Position numbers and translations under genes: made by a program. Source: an uncultured Spirochaetota bacterium (GTDB taxonomy: Bacteria; Spirochaetota; Spirochaetia; SZUA-6; Fen-1364). From it: DNA of 64,000 nt. The first letter of the stretch is position 1. Each line of letters begins with the position of its first letter. The notes beneath the pieces are model-generated. The model was not told where the DNA came from and made no database searches. It saw only the letters and a list, made by a program, of their open reading frames with translations. The stretch is taken from NCBI GenBank assembly GCA_963845535.1, contig CAWJSK010000013.1:160001-224000 (forward strand). The letters run 5' to 3'. Below are positions 16,374 to 27,906 of the stretch, piece by piece.

Positions 16374-17480
16374 ATGGAGCGGGTCGAAAAGGAACGCGGC
16401 GACATTGTCCTGGTCATGCTGGTGATTGCCATCCTGGGGGTGGGAATGGCCATGCTGTTCTCCGCGTCGTACTCCTTTTCCGCCAAAGCGTACCAGGACC
16501 CCTTGTACCTCCTAAAGAGGCAGCTCCTCTGGGCAGCCCTCGGCGGGGCCGCGGCTTTCCTCGTTTCCCTGACGCCCCTGGAGATGTTCCGCCGCGCGCT
16601 TCCGCTCATCCTGCTCGCCACGCTCGTTGCCTCCTTGCTGCCGTTCCTTCCGGGGATCGGCACCCGAGTCCTCGGTTCGCGGAGATGGATCACGCTGTTC
16701 GGCATTTCGTTCCAGCCCTCCGAGGTCGTGAAAGTGACCCTCGTCCTGTACCTGGCCTCCTATTTCGCGCGGCGCGAGGCGGGGGAGAGCCTGCCGCTCA
16801 ACACTCTGATCCCTCCGTTCATCGTGGTGTGCGTTTTCGCGGCGGTCATACTCCTGCAGAACGACTACTCGACGGCGATCTTCATCGTCGTCATGGGGCT
16901 TTCCATGCTGTTCATCGCGAGGGTCCGCGCGCTGCATTTCGTCCTTGTGACGGCTTTTACAAGCACGCTCGGTTTCCTGCTCCTGTTCACGCGGGAGCAT
17001 CGCGTCCAGCGTCTCCTTGCCTATTTCGATCTTTCCTCGTACCGCTCGGGCACCGGCTACCAGCTCGTGAACGCCAAGGCGGCGCTGGCCGGCGGCGGCT
17101 TCTGGGGGAGAGGCCTTGGCCGCAGCCTCGCCAAGCTGGGGCCGCTTCCCATGGCTCATTCGGATTTCATCTATACCATCATTGCGGAGGAGACGGGCCT
17201 CCTGGGGGCCCTCTTCGTCCTGATCCTCTTCGCGCTGCTCGCCTGGCGCGGCTTCCAGATCAGCGCGCAGGCGACGGACAGCTTCACCTCCTACGCCGCA
17301 TTCGGCCTCACCGCGGCTATCTCGCTCCAGGCGCTCCTGAACATGGCCGTTGCGGTAGGGATGGTCCCGACAACGGGCGTGACGCTTCCGTTTTTCTCCG
17401 CCGGCGGCTCGTCCCTGTTCGCGACGCTCATCATGTGCGGACTGCTCGTGAATCTTTCACGGAGGTCATCCCGTGTCTAA
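16374..17480 (+). CDS. ftsW: SEDS-family lipid II polymerase FtsW
   Basis: RRWI, FQPSE, GYQ, HSDFI, AEETG, TLPFFSAGGSS. Confidence 0.93.
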   Translation: MERVEKERGDIVLVMLVIAILGVGMAMLFSASYSFSAKAYQDPLYLLKRQLLWAALGGAAAFLVSLTPLEMFRRALPLILLATLVASLLPFLPGIGTRVLGSRRWITLFGISFQPSEVVKVTLVLYLASYFARREAGESLPLNTLIPPFIVVCVFAAVILLQNDYSTAIFIVVMGLSMLFIARVRALHFVLVTAFTSTLGFLLLFTREHRVQRLLAYFDLSSYRSGTGYQLVNAKAALAGGGFWGRGLGRSLAKLGPLPMAHSDFIYTIIAEETGLLGALFVLILFALLAWRGFQISAQATDSFTSYAAFGLTAAISLQALLNMAVAVGMVPTTGVTLPFFSAGGSSLFATLIMCGLLVNLSRRSSRV

Positions 17481-18312
17481 CGTATACGCCATTGGCGACC
17501 CGACCACCGGCCCGTCGGATTCCCGGTACGCCAGCGTCCCGTCCGTCACGGCGCGCCTGGCCCGGCCCATCCTCCTGTGCCTGATCACGCTGTGCGCGCT
17601 TTTCCTCCTCGCGCGCTACGCGGTGCTCCCCGTCCTCACCGTCCGCCACATCATCTTCCAGAGCGACGTTGCCCTTTCCGAGGATGAGCTGCTCGCCATC
17701 TCAGGCCTGCAGGGCACGGCGTATTGGCATTCCCTCGACACCGAGAAGGTCCGAAGGCGGCTGGAAGCCTACCCGCTCATCCGAAAGGCGGTCGTGGAGA
17801 AGGTTTTCCCGGACACGGTGCGGATGACCGTCTGGGGACGGCAAGCGGTGGCGCTCGTGCTGGCTGACATGGGCGGCCGAAGCCTGCCGGTCCTCGTGGA
17901 TGATGAAGGGGTGGTCTTCAAAGTCTGCGTAACGGCAACGGACGTGGATCTCCCGGTTGTGTCAGGGCTTCCCGCCGGGGATGCGTCTTTGGGAACCCGG
18001 CTCCCGGGAGCCTACGCCCCGCTCTTCCAGCAGCTGCGGCAGCTTCGCGACAAGTCGCCGTCCCTGACCCGGCTCCTGTCGGAGGTGCGGATCGTTTCCC
18101 ACGGCCCGCAGGACCCGCAGGGCAACTATGATCTTCTCCTTTACCTCACCTCGTCGCCCGTACCGGTGCGCGCCGCCGGCACCCTGGACGAAAGCCTTCT
18201 CCGGTATTCCCTCATGGTCCTGGACCTCTTGTCCAACCAGGGGGTTTTAAAGAATATTCAAGAGCTTGATTTCCGCAGCGGGGACGTGGTCTACAGGATG
18301 AAGGAGGGGTAG
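17473..18312 (+). CDS. ftsQ: Cell division protein FtsQ/DivIB
   Basis: TM plus POTRA domain (PLIRKAVVEKVFPDTV), LDFR at C-terminus; position. Confidence 0.85.
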   Translation: MSNVYAIGDPTTGPSDSRYASVPSVTARLARPILLCLITLCALFLLARYAVLPVLTVRHIIFQSDVALSEDELLAISGLQGTAYWHSLDTEKVRRRLEAYPLIRKAVVEKVFPDTVRMTVWGRQAVALVLADMGGRSLPVLVDDEGVVFKVCVTATDVDLPVVSGLPAGDASLGTRLPGAYAPLFQQLRQLRDKSPSLTRLLSEVRIVSHGPQDPQGNYDLLLYLTSSPVPVRAAGTLDESLLRYSLMVLDLLSNQGVLKNIQELDFRSGDVVYRMKEG

Positions 18313-18317
18313 AGGCG

Positions 18318-19553
18318 GTGGCATCCGAGGAGCTCATCGTCGGACTGGACATCGGCACAACCAAGGTGTGTGCCATCATCGGCGAGTTCAACGAGACCGG
18401 ACAGCTGGAGATCATCGGCGTCGGCACCACTCCGTCACGCGGGCTGCGGCGCGGCGTGGTGATCAACATCGAGTCGACCGTGAAGTCCATCCAGAACGCC
18501 GTCGAGTCCGCTGAGCTCATGTCGGGCCGGGAAGTGCACGGGGTGTATACCGGAGTCGCCGGCGGGCACATCGAAGGGATCAACTCCCGGGGCGTCGTTG
18601 CCGTCACGGGCAAGGACAGGGAGATCGCCAAGGAAGACGTGGACCGCGTGATCGACGCGGCAAAAGCCATCGTCATCCCCATGGACCGCGAGGTCCTCCA
18701 CGTGATACCGCAGGAGTTCATTGTGGACCAGCAGGGGGGCATCAAGAACCCCGTGGGGATGGTGGGCGTGCGGCTGGAGGCGGAGGCGCACATCATCACG
18801 GGGGCCGTGACCTCCGCGCAGAACATCGTGAAGTGCGTCAACCGGGCCGGTTTCAAGGTCAATGACATCGTGCTCGAGCCGCTTGCTTCCTCCAAGGCCG
18901 TGCTCACCGCGGACGAGCGGGAGCTGGGCGTCCTGCTGATCGACCTTGGCGGCGGCACCACGGACGTGCTCGTGCACCTTGAAGGGGCGCCGTATCACAC
19001 CGAGGTGCTTTCCATTGGGGGAGAGCAGGTCACGAGCGACTTGTCCATCATGCTGAAGACGCCGCTGGAAGTGGCGGAAAAGATCAAGAAGGAGCAGGGG
19101 TGCTGCTACGTGCCGGCCGTGCTGGAGGACTCCGAGGTCGTGATACCGGGCGTGGGCGGCAGGCCGCCGCGCAAGGTGGGGCGCAGGGCCATGGCGGAGA
19201 TCATTCAGCCCCGCATGGCTGAGATCCTGGGGATGGTCAAGGAGCAGATCGAGAAGAAGGGGTACCTGCACCTGCTGGGAGGCGGCGTGGTGCTCACCGG
19301 AGGAGGTTCTCTCCTTGCGGGCACGGGGGAGCTGGCTTCCGAAATCTTCGGCCTTCCGGCCCGCGTGGGATACCCTGTGAAGGTGGGGGGGCTCGTGGAG
19401 GAGTATTGTGATCCCATGTTCTCCACGGGAGTCGGCCTCGTTCTTTTCGGCGCCTCACGGGAAGGGGTGGAAGGCTTTGACACGAGCTCGAGTGAGAGCA
19501 CGTTCACCAGCGTATGGGACAGGATGAGATCATGGTTCAAGGATTTCTTTTGA
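18318..19553 (+). CDS. ftsA: Cell division protein FtsA
   Basis: GLDIGTTKV, DLGGGTT, LTGGG, C-terminal amphipathic helix. Confidence 0.97.
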   Translation: MASEELIVGLDIGTTKVCAIIGEFNETGQLEIIGVGTTPSRGLRRGVVINIESTVKSIQNAVESAELMSGREVHGVYTGVAGGHIEGINSRGVVAVTGKDREIAKEDVDRVIDAAKAIVIPMDREVLHVIPQEFIVDQQGGIKNPVGMVGVRLEAEAHIITGAVTSAQNIVKCVNRAGFKVNDIVLEPLASSKAVLTADERELGVLLIDLGGGTTDVLVHLEGAPYHTEVLSIGGEQVTSDLSIMLKTPLEVAEKIKKEQGCCYVPAVLEDSEVVIPGVGGRPPRKVGRRAMAEIIQPRMAEILGMVKEQIEKKGYLHLLGGGVVLTGGGSLLAGTGELASEIFGLPARVGYPVKVGGLVEEYCDPMFSTGVGLVLFGASREGVEGFDTSSSESTFTSVWDRMRSWFKDFF

Positions 19554-19616
19554 AATAAACGCGCGGCGCGGGCGCCGCGACGCAGGCGTGCTTGTGTCTC
19601 ATGAAGGGGAGGGGAC

Positions 19617-20774
19617 ATGAACATCGAGCTTTTCGACACGAAGGGAGTCAGCCCGACGATCATAAAGGTGGTCGGGGTCGGCGGCGGCGGCAGCAATGCC
19701 GTCAACCGGATGATCGCCATGGGACTGAAGAACGTGTCCTTCGTGGCGGTCAATACTGATCAACAGGCTCTTCACAGCTCCAACGCGGAGACCAGGCTGG
19801 CAATCGGAACAAAGCTTACCGGTGGCCTGGGCGCCGGCGGGATACCCGAGATCGGGGAAAAAGCAGCCTTGGAAGACGAGGAGCGCCTTCAGACGCTGCT
19901 CAAGGGCTCCGACATGGTGTTCATCACGGCAGGGATGGGGGGCGGTACGGGCACCGGCGCGGCTCCCATTGTTGCCAAGGTGGCGCGACAGATCGGCGCC
20001 TTGACGGTGGCGGTGGTGACCAAGCCTTTCGACTTCGAAGGCAAGCGCAAGATGCAGCTTGCAGAGGAAGGGATCGGGAAGCTCCGCCAGGAAGTCGACA
20101 CGCTCATAACCATTCCCAACCAGCATCTCCTGAAGATCGCGGAGAAGCGCACCCCCATCCGTGAAGCTTTCTTCATGGCGGACGAGGTCCTCCGCCAGGG
20201 CGTGCAAGGGATATCGGACCTTATCACCGAGCCGGGTGAGATCAACATCGACTTCGCGGACGTTCGCACCATCATGAAAGGCAAGGGCGATGCCCTCATG
20301 GGCATTGGCATGGGCGCGGGGGACAACAGGGCCACGGACGCGGCAACCAGCGCCATCAGCAACCCGCTCCTGGAAGATGCGCGCGTGGAAGGGGCAAAGG
20401 GCATTCTTGTCAACGTCACCGGCGGGTACGACTTCAGCCTCTCGGAGTACGAGGAAGTGCTCAAGATCATCACGGCCAACGCTGACGATGATGCGCTCAT
20501 CATCTCCGGCACCTCCGTGGTGGAGTCGATGAACGACCGGATCAGGGTGACGGTGATAGCCACGGGTTTCACCTCGGAAAAACGTCCTGAGCCGGCCCCG
20601 CAGCCCGAGCACCAGGAAGGGGAGATGATCCCGTACGAGGAGTGGGCAGCCATGGGTAAGTCGGCGCACCGTTCGCACGCCGAGGATTTCCTCCTGGGAA
20701 GGAACTCGCGGGAAGCGGACCTGAGCGTGCCTACGGTGCTGCGCGAAAAGCGCGTGGCAGGGCAGAAGGACTGA
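19617..20774 (+). CDS. ftsZ: Cell division protein FtsZ
   Basis: [26 protein letters not shown]-terminal VPTVLR. Confidence 0.98.
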   Translation: MNIELFDTKGVSPTIIKVVGVGGGGSNAVNRMIAMGLKNVSFVAVNTDQQALHSSNAETRLAIGTKLTGGLGAGGIPEIGEKAALEDEERLQTLLKGSDMVFITAGMGGGTGTGAAPIVAKVARQIGALTVAVVTKPFDFEGKRKMQLAEEGIGKLRQEVDTLITIPNQHLLKIAEKRTPIREAFFMADEVLRQGVQGISDLITEPGEINIDFADVRTIMKGKGDALMGIGMGAGDNRATDAATSAISNPLLEDARVEGAKGILVNVTGGYDFSLSEYEEVLKIITANADDDALIISGTSVVESMNDRIRVTVIATGFTSEKRPEPAPQPEHQEGEMIPYEEWAAMGKSAHRSHAEDFLLGRNSREADLSVPTVLREKRVAGQKD

Positions 20775-20782
20775 GAAGGCGC

Positions 20783-21703
20783 ATGAACGCCGGCTCCGAC
20801 CTGACCAACCAGTTCAGCGAATACCTTGCCGCTGAAAGGGGACTTTCACCGCTCACGGTAACGACGTACGCGGCGGAAGTGCGCCTTTTCCTCGAGTTTC
20901 TCGATGCGAACGGTCGGGAGGTTGGCCGGGCGACAATCGGCGACGTGACGGACTACATCATCCGCAGACAGGTGGAAGGCGTGGATCCCCGCACGCTGGC
21001 CAAGAGCTCCTCCGCTCTCCGTTCGTTCTTCCGCTTCCTCGTGCTCGACGGAAAGAGCGCAAAGAATCCCGCGCGTCTCCTGGACACTCCCCGAGCGGCA
21101 ATGCGCATCCCTCGCTTCCTCCAACCGGAGGAGGTCGACCTTCTCCTTGCCGCATGCCCGCCCGAAACCCCGCTTGCCCAGCGGGACAAGACGCTTTTCG
21201 AGCTCATCTATTCATGCGGCCTTCGGGTGAGCGAGGCCATCGATTTGACGGTGGACCGCGTCTCCCTCGCGCAGAAAGTGGTGCGCGTCATGGGAAAAGG
21301 CTCCCGCGAACGCCTTGTCCCGCTGGGTGAGCGGGCGCGCAAGGAGCTGGCCGGATACCTGGGCACCGTCAGGCCGGGCCTGGTCCGCGCGGCGGCTCCG
21401 GCCAACTGGCTCTTCCTGGGACGCGGCGGCCGCAAGCTGTCGAGAAAGACGGTCTGGAAGGCGTTCGCCCGCCTGGCGGCCCGGGCAGGGCTTTCGACCT
21501 CCAAGGTGCACGCGCTTCGCCATTCCTTTGCCACGCATCTTCTCCAGGGAGGGGCGGACCTGCGCTCCGTCCAGGAGATGCTGGGACACGCGGACATCGG
21601 CACCACGCAGATCTACACGCACGTGAGCCAGGACGTGCTGAAGAAGACCCACCAGGAGTTCCATCCCCGCGGCGGGAGCGCCGAGCAAAGGGATTCCCCA
21701 TGA
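20783..21703 (+). CDS. xerD: Tyrosine recombinase XerD-like
   Basis: [39 protein letters not shown]. Confidence 0.85.
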   Translation: MNAGSDLTNQFSEYLAAERGLSPLTVTTYAAEVRLFLEFLDANGREVGRATIGDVTDYIIRRQVEGVDPRTLAKSSSALRSFFRFLVLDGKSAKNPARLLDTPRAAMRIPRFLQPEEVDLLLAACPPETPLAQRDKTLFELIYSCGLRVSEAIDLTVDRVSLAQKVVRVMGKGSRERLVPLGERARKELAGYLGTVRPGLVRAAAPANWLFLGRGGRKLSRKTVWKAFARLAARAGLSTSKVHALRHSFATHLLQGGADLRSVQEMLGHADIGTTQIYTHVSQDVLKKTHQEFHPRGGSAEQRDSP

Positions 21704-22743
21704 AATCAGCAGCGATTTTTCAGCCGTTGACTTCATGCATGGACGAACAGGACAGGATCCCGTTGATCGGGCTCAGCTACGTGGATTTCCTTCGGCCCAA
21801 GGAGAAGCTGCTCCTCATCGAAGCGCTCGGCTCGGCTTCACGAGTTTTCGAGCGTTCGCTTCGTGAGCTTTCCGTCATGACGGGACGGCCCTTTCGCACG
21901 CCCAGATGGAACCCGAAAGCAATCCTGGAGGAAGCAGCGCGCACGGAAAAGCGCTTGACCCCCGGCGTGATGGGGTGCATCTTTTACTGGGACTCGACGT
22001 ACCCGCCGCAGCTCCGCGATATCTTTGATCCGCCCGTGACGCTCTTCTATCGCGGAACATTACCCGAAAACGGATATTTGCTCGCTGGAATAGTCGGGAC
22101 TCGTTTTCCTACCGGAGGAGCCCGCAAGGCCGCATTCGGCCTCGGCTTCGAGCTGGGCTGCCAGGGAGTGGGGGTCGTCTCTGGCCTCGCGAAGGGAGTG
22201 GACAGGGAAGCGCATGAAGGGTGCGTGCAGGCGGGAGGATACTCCATTGCCGTTCTGGGCAGCGGGATCGACCTGGTCTACCCGGCCTCCAGCGCGCCCG
22301 CCGGCCGGGCCCTCCTGGAGGCCGGCGGGGCCATCATCAGCGAATACCCGCCCGGCATGCCGCCGCTGCATTTTCACTTTCCCGCCCGCAACCGGATCAT
22401 CAACGGGCTGTCCCGCTCCGTCGTCGTGGTCCAGGCGCCGGAGCGCTCAGGGGCGCTCATCACGGCGGAGTACGCCGCGGAGGAAGGGAGAACGGTCTAC
22501 GTTCATGCTGCCGGCATCCCGGGCAGCGTCGGGACCGGAACGCGCAGGCTTGCGGAATCCGGGGCAACGGTGATACGCGGAGCCAGGGACCTGATGCGGG
22601 ACTGGGGCCTCGAGTTTCGGGAGCCCCGCGGGCAGGTTGGCCTGCCGGGTGAACCCGCGGGCCGGGCTCTAGCCCGAATCACGAAGGAAGAGATGGAGGG
22701 TGCCTGCGCCACGAAGGCCGGGGAAACCTACTGGAGAACATGA
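21700..22743 (+). CDS. dprA: DNA-processing protein DprA (Smf)
   Basis: IVGTR, VSGLAKGVD, SEYPPG, FPARNRII, SGALITA. Alternative start 21739. Confidence 0.93.
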   Translation: MKSAAIFQPLTSCMDEQDRIPLIGLSYVDFLRPKEKLLLIEALGSASRVFERSLRELSVMTGRPFRTPRWNPKAILEEAARTEKRLTPGVMGCIFYWDSTYPPQLRDIFDPPVTLFYRGTLPENGYLLAGIVGTRFPTGGARKAAFGLGFELGCQGVGVVSGLAKGVDREAHEGCVQAGGYSIAVLGSGIDLVYPASSAPAGRALLEAGGAIISEYPPGMPPLHFHFPARNRIINGLSRSVVVVQAPERSGALITAEYAAEEGRTVYVHAAGIPGSVGTGTRRLAESGATVIRGARDLMRDWGLEFREPRGQVGLPGEPAGRALARITKEEMEGACATKAGETYWRT

Positions 22744-24971
22744 TGGCAAAAGAACCGAAGTCAGCGCGCGCAGGGACACGACATACGAAACAGGTGCTCA
22801 TGATCGTCGAGTCACCGGCAAAAGGGAAGACAATCGAGAAGTACCTCGGCAAGGGATACACGGTGGCCGCCTCCATGGGGCATCTCATCGACCTGCCCAA
22901 GTCCCGTCTTGCCATCGACGTCGAACAGTCGTTCGAACCTGAATACATCACGGTCCGCGGCAAGGCGAAGATCCTGAAGGAGCTGAAGCAGAAGGCGAAG
23001 AAGGCGGATGCGGTCCTGCTCGCATCGGATAACGACCGGGAAGGGGAGGCAATCTCCTTCCACCTGAAGAATGCGCTTTCCAACGGGAACACCACGCCCG
23101 ACATCCAGCGCGTCACGTTCAACGAGATCACCCCCAAGGCAATCCGGGAAGCCGTTGCCCATCCGGGCCAGATCGACATGTCGAAGGTCAACGCTCAGAA
23201 AGCCCGGAGAGTGCTCGACCGGATCGTCGGCTACTCCCTTTCCCCGCTTCTCTGGAAAAAGGTGAAGAACGGCCTTTCCGCGGGGCGCGTCCAGTCAGTG
23301 GCGCTTCGGCTGATCTGCGAGCGCGAGGCGGAGATCGAGGCATTCTTTCCTGAGGAGTACTGGTCCCTCGAGGCTGAGCTGCGCAAGGGCCAGAACGCGC
23401 GGCAGACTTTCAAGGCCGCCCTGGTGGCGGTCCGCGGAGAAAAGGTGGACCTCAAAAACGAGGCTTCCACGACCGCCATCATGGATTCCCTTGCGGGGGC
23501 TTCGTTCGCGGTCTCCGACGTGAAGGTCATGGAGAAGTCCAGCCGTCCGCGCCCTCCGTTCACCACATCCACGCTGCAGCAGACGGCGGCCAACCGATTC
23601 GGCTTTACGGCGCGCAAGACCATGCAGATTGCGCAGGGCCTTTATGAGGGGGTCAACGTCGGGTCGCAGAGGCTCGGGCTCATCACGTACATGAGGACCG
23701 ACTCCACGCGTATCGCGGAAAGCGCGCTTGCGGAAGTCCGAGAGTACATTTCGAAGGAGTTCCCCGGAGACTTGCCGGAAACGCCGGTGGTATACGTCAC
23801 CGGTAAGGGCGCCCAGGACGCGCATGAGGCAATCCGACCCACGTACGTCACCCGCGCGCCGGCTGAGCTGAAGAAGTTCGTCACCTCGGAGGAGTTCCGC
23901 CTGTACTCGATCATCTGGGAGCGCTTTGTCTCCTCCCAGATGAACCCTTCCAAGGCAAGCACGACCACCGTCGACATCCAGGCAGGGGAGGCGACCTTCC
24001 GGGCCTCCAGCACGCGCGTCGTGGAGAAAGGCTTTCAGAAAGCGCTCGCTCTCCTTGCTTCCAAGGAGCAGACAAAGGCCCTTCCCGTCATGGAGGTCGG
24101 TGACGCGCTGGACCTCATCAAGTTCCATCCCGAGCAGCACTTCACCTCGGGACCTCCCCGGTTTACGGATGCCACAATCGTCAAGACCCTGGAAGAGAAA
24201 GGGATCGGAAGGCCGTCCACGTATGCCCCCATCATCTCGGTCCTGCTGGATCGCTATTACGTGGTGCGCAAGTCCCGTCAGCTCATTCCCACGGTCCTGG
24301 GAAAGATCATCAATGACCTGCTTACGCGGTCCTTCCCGGAGCTGCTGGACCCGAACTTCACCGCGGAGATGGAGCTGAAGCTCGACCAGGTGGAGGATGG
24401 AAAGTCGGACTGGCACACGATGATCAGGGACTTCTACGGGCCGTTCAAGGGCAAAGTGGCGTCGGTCCTGGAAACGCTGGAGTCCGTCAAGGGAGTGATG
24501 GACGAAAAGACGGACGTGGTCTGCGAAGTGTGCGGCAGGCCGATGGTGAAGAAGCTCGGCCGCTATGGGTTCTTCCTGGCGTGCACGGGCTTTCCGGAAT
24601 GCAAGAACACAAAACCGGTGCCGCTGGCTCCCTGTCCGCGCCCCGGGTGCAACGGCCAGATCGTGGCCCGAAAACGCAAGCGCGGACGAGGGCGCGAGTT
24701 CTACGGCTGTACGAATTATCCCACGTGCGATTTCGTGACGTACTTCAAGCCAACGGACTCGAAGTGCCCGAAATGCGGCTGGTTCCTCGTGGAGAAGGAG
24801 GACAAGCAGCGGGGGGCGTACAAGTCCTGCATCAACCCTTCCTGCGACTATCTCCATACCAAGGAAACGGACGAGCATGAGAAAGAGGACGGCCACCACC
24901 ACGACGCGGACGCCACCGACACGGCCGGCGCAGGCAGCCCCGACAAAGAGACGAACGGCCAAAGTGCCTGA
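22740..24971 (+). CDS. topA: DNA topoisomerase I
   Basis: IVESPAK, DNDREGE, SAGRVQS, ITYMRTD, GIGRPSTY, three C4 zinc ribbons. Confidence 0.97.
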   Translation: MMAKEPKSARAGTRHTKQVLMIVESPAKGKTIEKYLGKGYTVAASMGHLIDLPKSRLAIDVEQSFEPEYITVRGKAKILKELKQKAKKADAVLLASDNDREGEAISFHLKNALSNGNTTPDIQRVTFNEITPKAIREAVAHPGQIDMSKVNAQKARRVLDRIVGYSLSPLLWKKVKNGLSAGRVQSVALRLICEREAEIEAFFPEEYWSLEAELRKGQNARQTFKAALVAVRGEKVDLKNEASTTAIMDSLAGASFAVSDVKVMEKSSRPRPPFTTSTLQQTAANRFGFTARKTMQIAQGLYEGVNVGSQRLGLITYMRTDSTRIAESALAEVREYISKEFPGDLPETPVVYVTGKGAQDAHEAIRPTYVTRAPAELKKFVTSEEFRLYSIIWERFVSSQMNPSKASTTTVDIQAGEATFRASSTRVVEKGFQKALALLASKEQTKALPVMEVGDALDLIKFHPEQHFTSGPPRFTDATIVKTLEEKGIGRPSTYAPIISVLLDRYYVVRKSRQLIPTVLGKIINDLLTRSFPELLDPNFTAEMELKLDQVEDGKSDWHTMIRDFYGPFKGKVASVLETLESVKGVMDEKTDVVCEVCGRPMVKKLGRYGFFLACTGFPECKNTKPVPLAPCPRPGCNGQIVARKRKRGRGREFYGCTNYPTCDFVTYFKPTDSKCPKCGWFLVEKEDKQRGAYKSCINPSCDYLHTKETDEHEKEDGHHHDADATDTAGAGSPDKETNGQSA

Positions 24972-25872
24972 CGAATACCTCTCCTATCTGAAGTCCGTGC
25001 GCAACCTCTCCACCCATACCCTCGAGTCCTACACGAAGGACCTGCTGAAGTACGAGGCGTTCCTGGAGGCGCGGGGAATCCCCGCGCTCAAGGCGGGGCT
25101 CGCGGAGGCGCGCGGGTTCGTGGGCAGCCTTTCCCGTGACGGCCTGGCCGCCCGCTCGGTCAACAGGATCATTTCCGGGGTGCGGGGGTGGTACCGATAC
25201 ATGGAGCGCCGGGGAGAGATCAGCGCCAATCCTTTTGCCGAGATCCGCAGCCTTCGCACGGAAAAGCGGCTGCCTTCGTTCCTTTTCGAGGATGAGATGG
25301 CGCGGCTGATCGAGCTGCCGTCACAGACTTCCTGCGCGGGAGAGGATTCGTTCTGGAAGCTTCGGGACAGGGCCGTCCTGGAAACGCTCTACTCCACGGG
25401 CTGCCGCATATCGGAGCTGGTGTCATTGAACATCGGGGATGTCGACCTGAAGAACTCGAGCGCCCGTGTCATGGGAAAAGGCTCGAAAGAGCGCAACGTG
25501 TTCCTCGGGTCATCCGCGGTCCTGGCGCTGCGGCAGTACATGAGCTGCCGTTCCTCGTACGCGCCCACGGCAGGCGTCTCCGTGGACTCGTCGCAGGCGG
25601 TCTTCATCAACCAGAGGGGAGGACGGATCACGGACAGGGGAGTGCGCTTCATCCTTGGCGAATACCTTGCCCGGGCAAACCTTGGCAAGCGCGTGACGCC
25701 GCATACCTTCCGCCACTCCTTTGCCACGCACCTGCTGGACAGGGGCGCGGACATCCGCGCCGTGCAGGAGCTGCTTGGCCATGCAAGCCTGTCCACGACG
25801 CAAGTCTACACGCACGTAGGACTGGAGAAACTGAAAAAGGTCTACAGGAGGGCCCATCCCCATGCCAACTGA
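24964..25872 (+). CDS. xerC: Tyrosine recombinase XerC-like
   Basis: [45 protein letters not shown] 24964 chosen; ATG 24877 possible. Confidence 0.85.
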   Translation: MPDEYLSYLKSVRNLSTHTLESYTKDLLKYEAFLEARGIPALKAGLAEARGFVGSLSRDGLAARSVNRIISGVRGWYRYMERRGEISANPFAEIRSLRTEKRLPSFLFEDEMARLIELPSQTSCAGEDSFWKLRDRAVLETLYSTGCRISELVSLNIGDVDLKNSSARVMGKGSKERNVFLGSSAVLALRQYMSCRSSYAPTAGVSVDSSQAVFINQRGGRITDRGVRFILGEYLARANLGKRVTPHTFRHSFATHLLDRGADIRAVQELLGHASLSTTQVYTHVGLEKLKKVYRRAHPHAN

Positions 25873-26404
25873 GACAATCCGCGGCACCACCATTATTGCC
25901 GTCCGCAGGAACGGGACAGTGGCCATGGCGGGGGACGGTCAGGTCACCATGGGGAACACGGTGATGAAGTCCAACGCGCGCAAAATAAGGAAGATTTTCG
26001 ACGGGAAGATCCTCGTCGGTTTTGCCGGAGGCACCGCGGATGCCTTCACGCTTTTCGAGCGCTTCGAGGGAAAGGTGAAGGAGTACGGCGGTGACCTGAC
26101 TCGGGCCGCCGTGGAGCTGGCCAAGGACTGGAGGACGGACAGGATCCTCAGACGCCTGGAGGCCATGCTCCTGGTAACGGACAAGAAGGCCACCTTCCTC
26201 ATCTCGGGCACGGGGGACGTGATCGAGCCGGAAGAAGGGGTTATTGCAATAGGGTCCGGCGGGCCTTACGCGTACGCCGCTGCGCTCGCCTATATGGATG
26301 CCTCCACTCTGGGCGCCCGGGAGATAGCGGAAAAAGCGCTTCGGATCGCGGCAGGCATCTGCATCTACACGAATGAGGAAGTCGTGGTGGAGGAGCTGGC
26401 ATGA
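25862..26404 (+). CDS. hslV: ATP-dependent protease subunit HslV
   Basis: [27 protein letters not shown]. Confidence 0.96.
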   Translation: MPTETIRGTTIIAVRRNGTVAMAGDGQVTMGNTVMKSNARKIRKIFDGKILVGFAGGTADAFTLFERFEGKVKEYGGDLTRAAVELAKDWRTDRILRRLEAMLLVTDKKATFLISGTGDVIEPEEGVIAIGSGGPYAYAAALAYMDASTLGAREIAEKALRIAAGICIYTNEEVVVEELA

Positions 26405-27828
26405 AAACCGCAAACGCTCCCGTGACAAAAGGGAGCGAGCTCACGCCCCGAGAGATCGTGCTTGAGCTGGACAAGTACATCATTGGCCAGGACAAGGCCA
26501 AGAAGGCCGTGGCCATAGCGCTGCGCAACCGCCTGCGGAGGCAGCGCCTCCCGGAGGACCTGCGGGATGAGGTTGCCCCGAAGAACATCATCATGATCGG
26601 CCCCACCGGTGTCGGCAAGACGGAGATCGCTCGAAGGCTTTCCAAGCTGTGCGGCGCGCCCTTCATCAAGGTGGAAGCCACGAAGTACACGGAAGTCGGC
26701 TACGTGGGCAGGGACGTTGAGTCCATGGTGCGTGACCTCGTGTCCGTCGCCGTCTCCATGGTGAAGTCCGAGCTGGCGGAGGACGTTCGGGTAGAGGCCG
26801 AGCGCAGGGCGGAGGAGGCTCTTCTTGACCTTCTTCTCCCGGGCGTGAAGCAGCCGCGGCGGGCGGAACGGGAGGACGAACCAACCGAGGTCCAGGAAAT
26901 CACGGAGCCGCAAGCCGCGGCTGCTGACGGAGAAGTGGAGACGGCACGGGGGTCCGGCACGCGGGAGAAGCTCCGCCAGATGCTTTCCCGCGGGCTCATG
27001 GACGAACGCCTTGTCGAGGTGAGCGTGACGAAAAGCGCCATGCCCATGATGGAAATCTTCTCCGGCACGAACATGGAGGACATGGAGCTGAACTTCGGGA
27101 ACCTCGGCTCGATCTTCGGGGGAAAGAAGAAGCGCAAGAAAGTCACCGTCCGCCAGGCGCGGGAGATTCTCCTGAACGAGGAGATGGACAAGCTCGTGGA
27201 CATGGACCGGGTCTCCGAGCTCGCCCGGCAGCGGGTGGAGGAAATGGGGATCATTTTCATTGATGAAATCGACAAGATAGCTTCCCGGGGGGAAAAAGTC
27301 GGAATTGACGTCTCGCGGGAAGGGGTCCAGCGGGACATCCTGCCCATCGTCGAGGGGTCGAAGGTGAACACCCGGCACGGGATCGTTGATACCCGCCACA
27401 TCCTCTTCATTGCCGCGGGCGCATTCCACATGAGCAAGCCCTCGGACCTGATCCCTGAGCTGCAGGGCCGCTTCCCGTTGCGCGTGGAGCTTTCCGCGCT
27501 GAGCAAAGAGGACTTCGTGAAGATCCTCACCCAGCCGAGGAACGCCCTGATCACGCAGTACACGGAGCTGCTGAAGACGGAAGGAGTCGGCCTGGAGTTC
27601 ATGCCGGAGGCAATCGACAGGATCGCGGAGATAGCCACGGAGGTGAACTCGCGGTCGGAAAACATCGGCGCCCGGAGGTTGCACACCATCATGGAGCTTC
27701 TCCTGGAGGAGGTCTCCTTCCATGCGCCGGAGATCTCGGGCCAGACCATCTCCATTACGCGCGGGTACGTGGATGAGAAGCTGACGAATGTGATCGAGGA
27801 CCAGGATTTGACGAGGTACATACTATAG
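26401..27828 (+). CDS. hslU: ATP-dependent protease ATPase HslU
   Basis: [31 protein letters not shown]. Confidence 0.97.
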   Translation: MKTANAPVTKGSELTPREIVLELDKYIIGQDKAKKAVAIALRNRLRRQRLPEDLRDEVAPKNIIMIGPTGVGKTEIARRLSKLCGAPFIKVEATKYTEVGYVGRDVESMVRDLVSVAVSMVKSELAEDVRVEAERRAEEALLDLLLPGVKQPRRAEREDEPTEVQEITEPQAAAADGEVETARGSGTREKLRQMLSRGLMDERLVEVSVTKSAMPMMEIFSGTNMEDMELNFGNLGSIFGGKKKRKKVTVRQAREILLNEEMDKLVDMDRVSELARQRVEEMGIIFIDEIDKIASRGEKVGIDVSREGVQRDILPIVEGSKVNTRHGIVDTRHILFIAAGAFHMSKPSDLIPELQGRFPLRVELSALSKEDFVKILTQPRNALITQYTELLKTEGVGLEFMPEAIDRIAEIATEVNSRSENIGARRLHTIMELLLEEVSFHAPEISGQTISITRGYVDEKLTNVIEDQDLTRYIL

Positions 27829-27856
27829 CGCGCCCGTAGGGCGCGCGGAAGGGTGC

Positions 27857-27884
27857 TCAGCAGGCGGAGTGTTTTGACCGAAAA
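27857..27884 (+). promoter_or_regulatory. Possible sigma28-like promoter of flgB
   Basis: TCAG-16 bp-ACCGAAAA, after the hairpin GCGCGCCC-GTA-GGGCGCGC at 27828-27846. Confidence 0.35.
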
Positions 27885-27906
27885 TAGAGGGGAGAGGTAG
27901 ACGAGC

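Noticed and set aside
20783..25872. Two tyrosine recombinases as an integrative element
   Set aside because: They have XerC/XerD size and motifs, flank housekeeping genes, and I saw no att repeats or composition shift.
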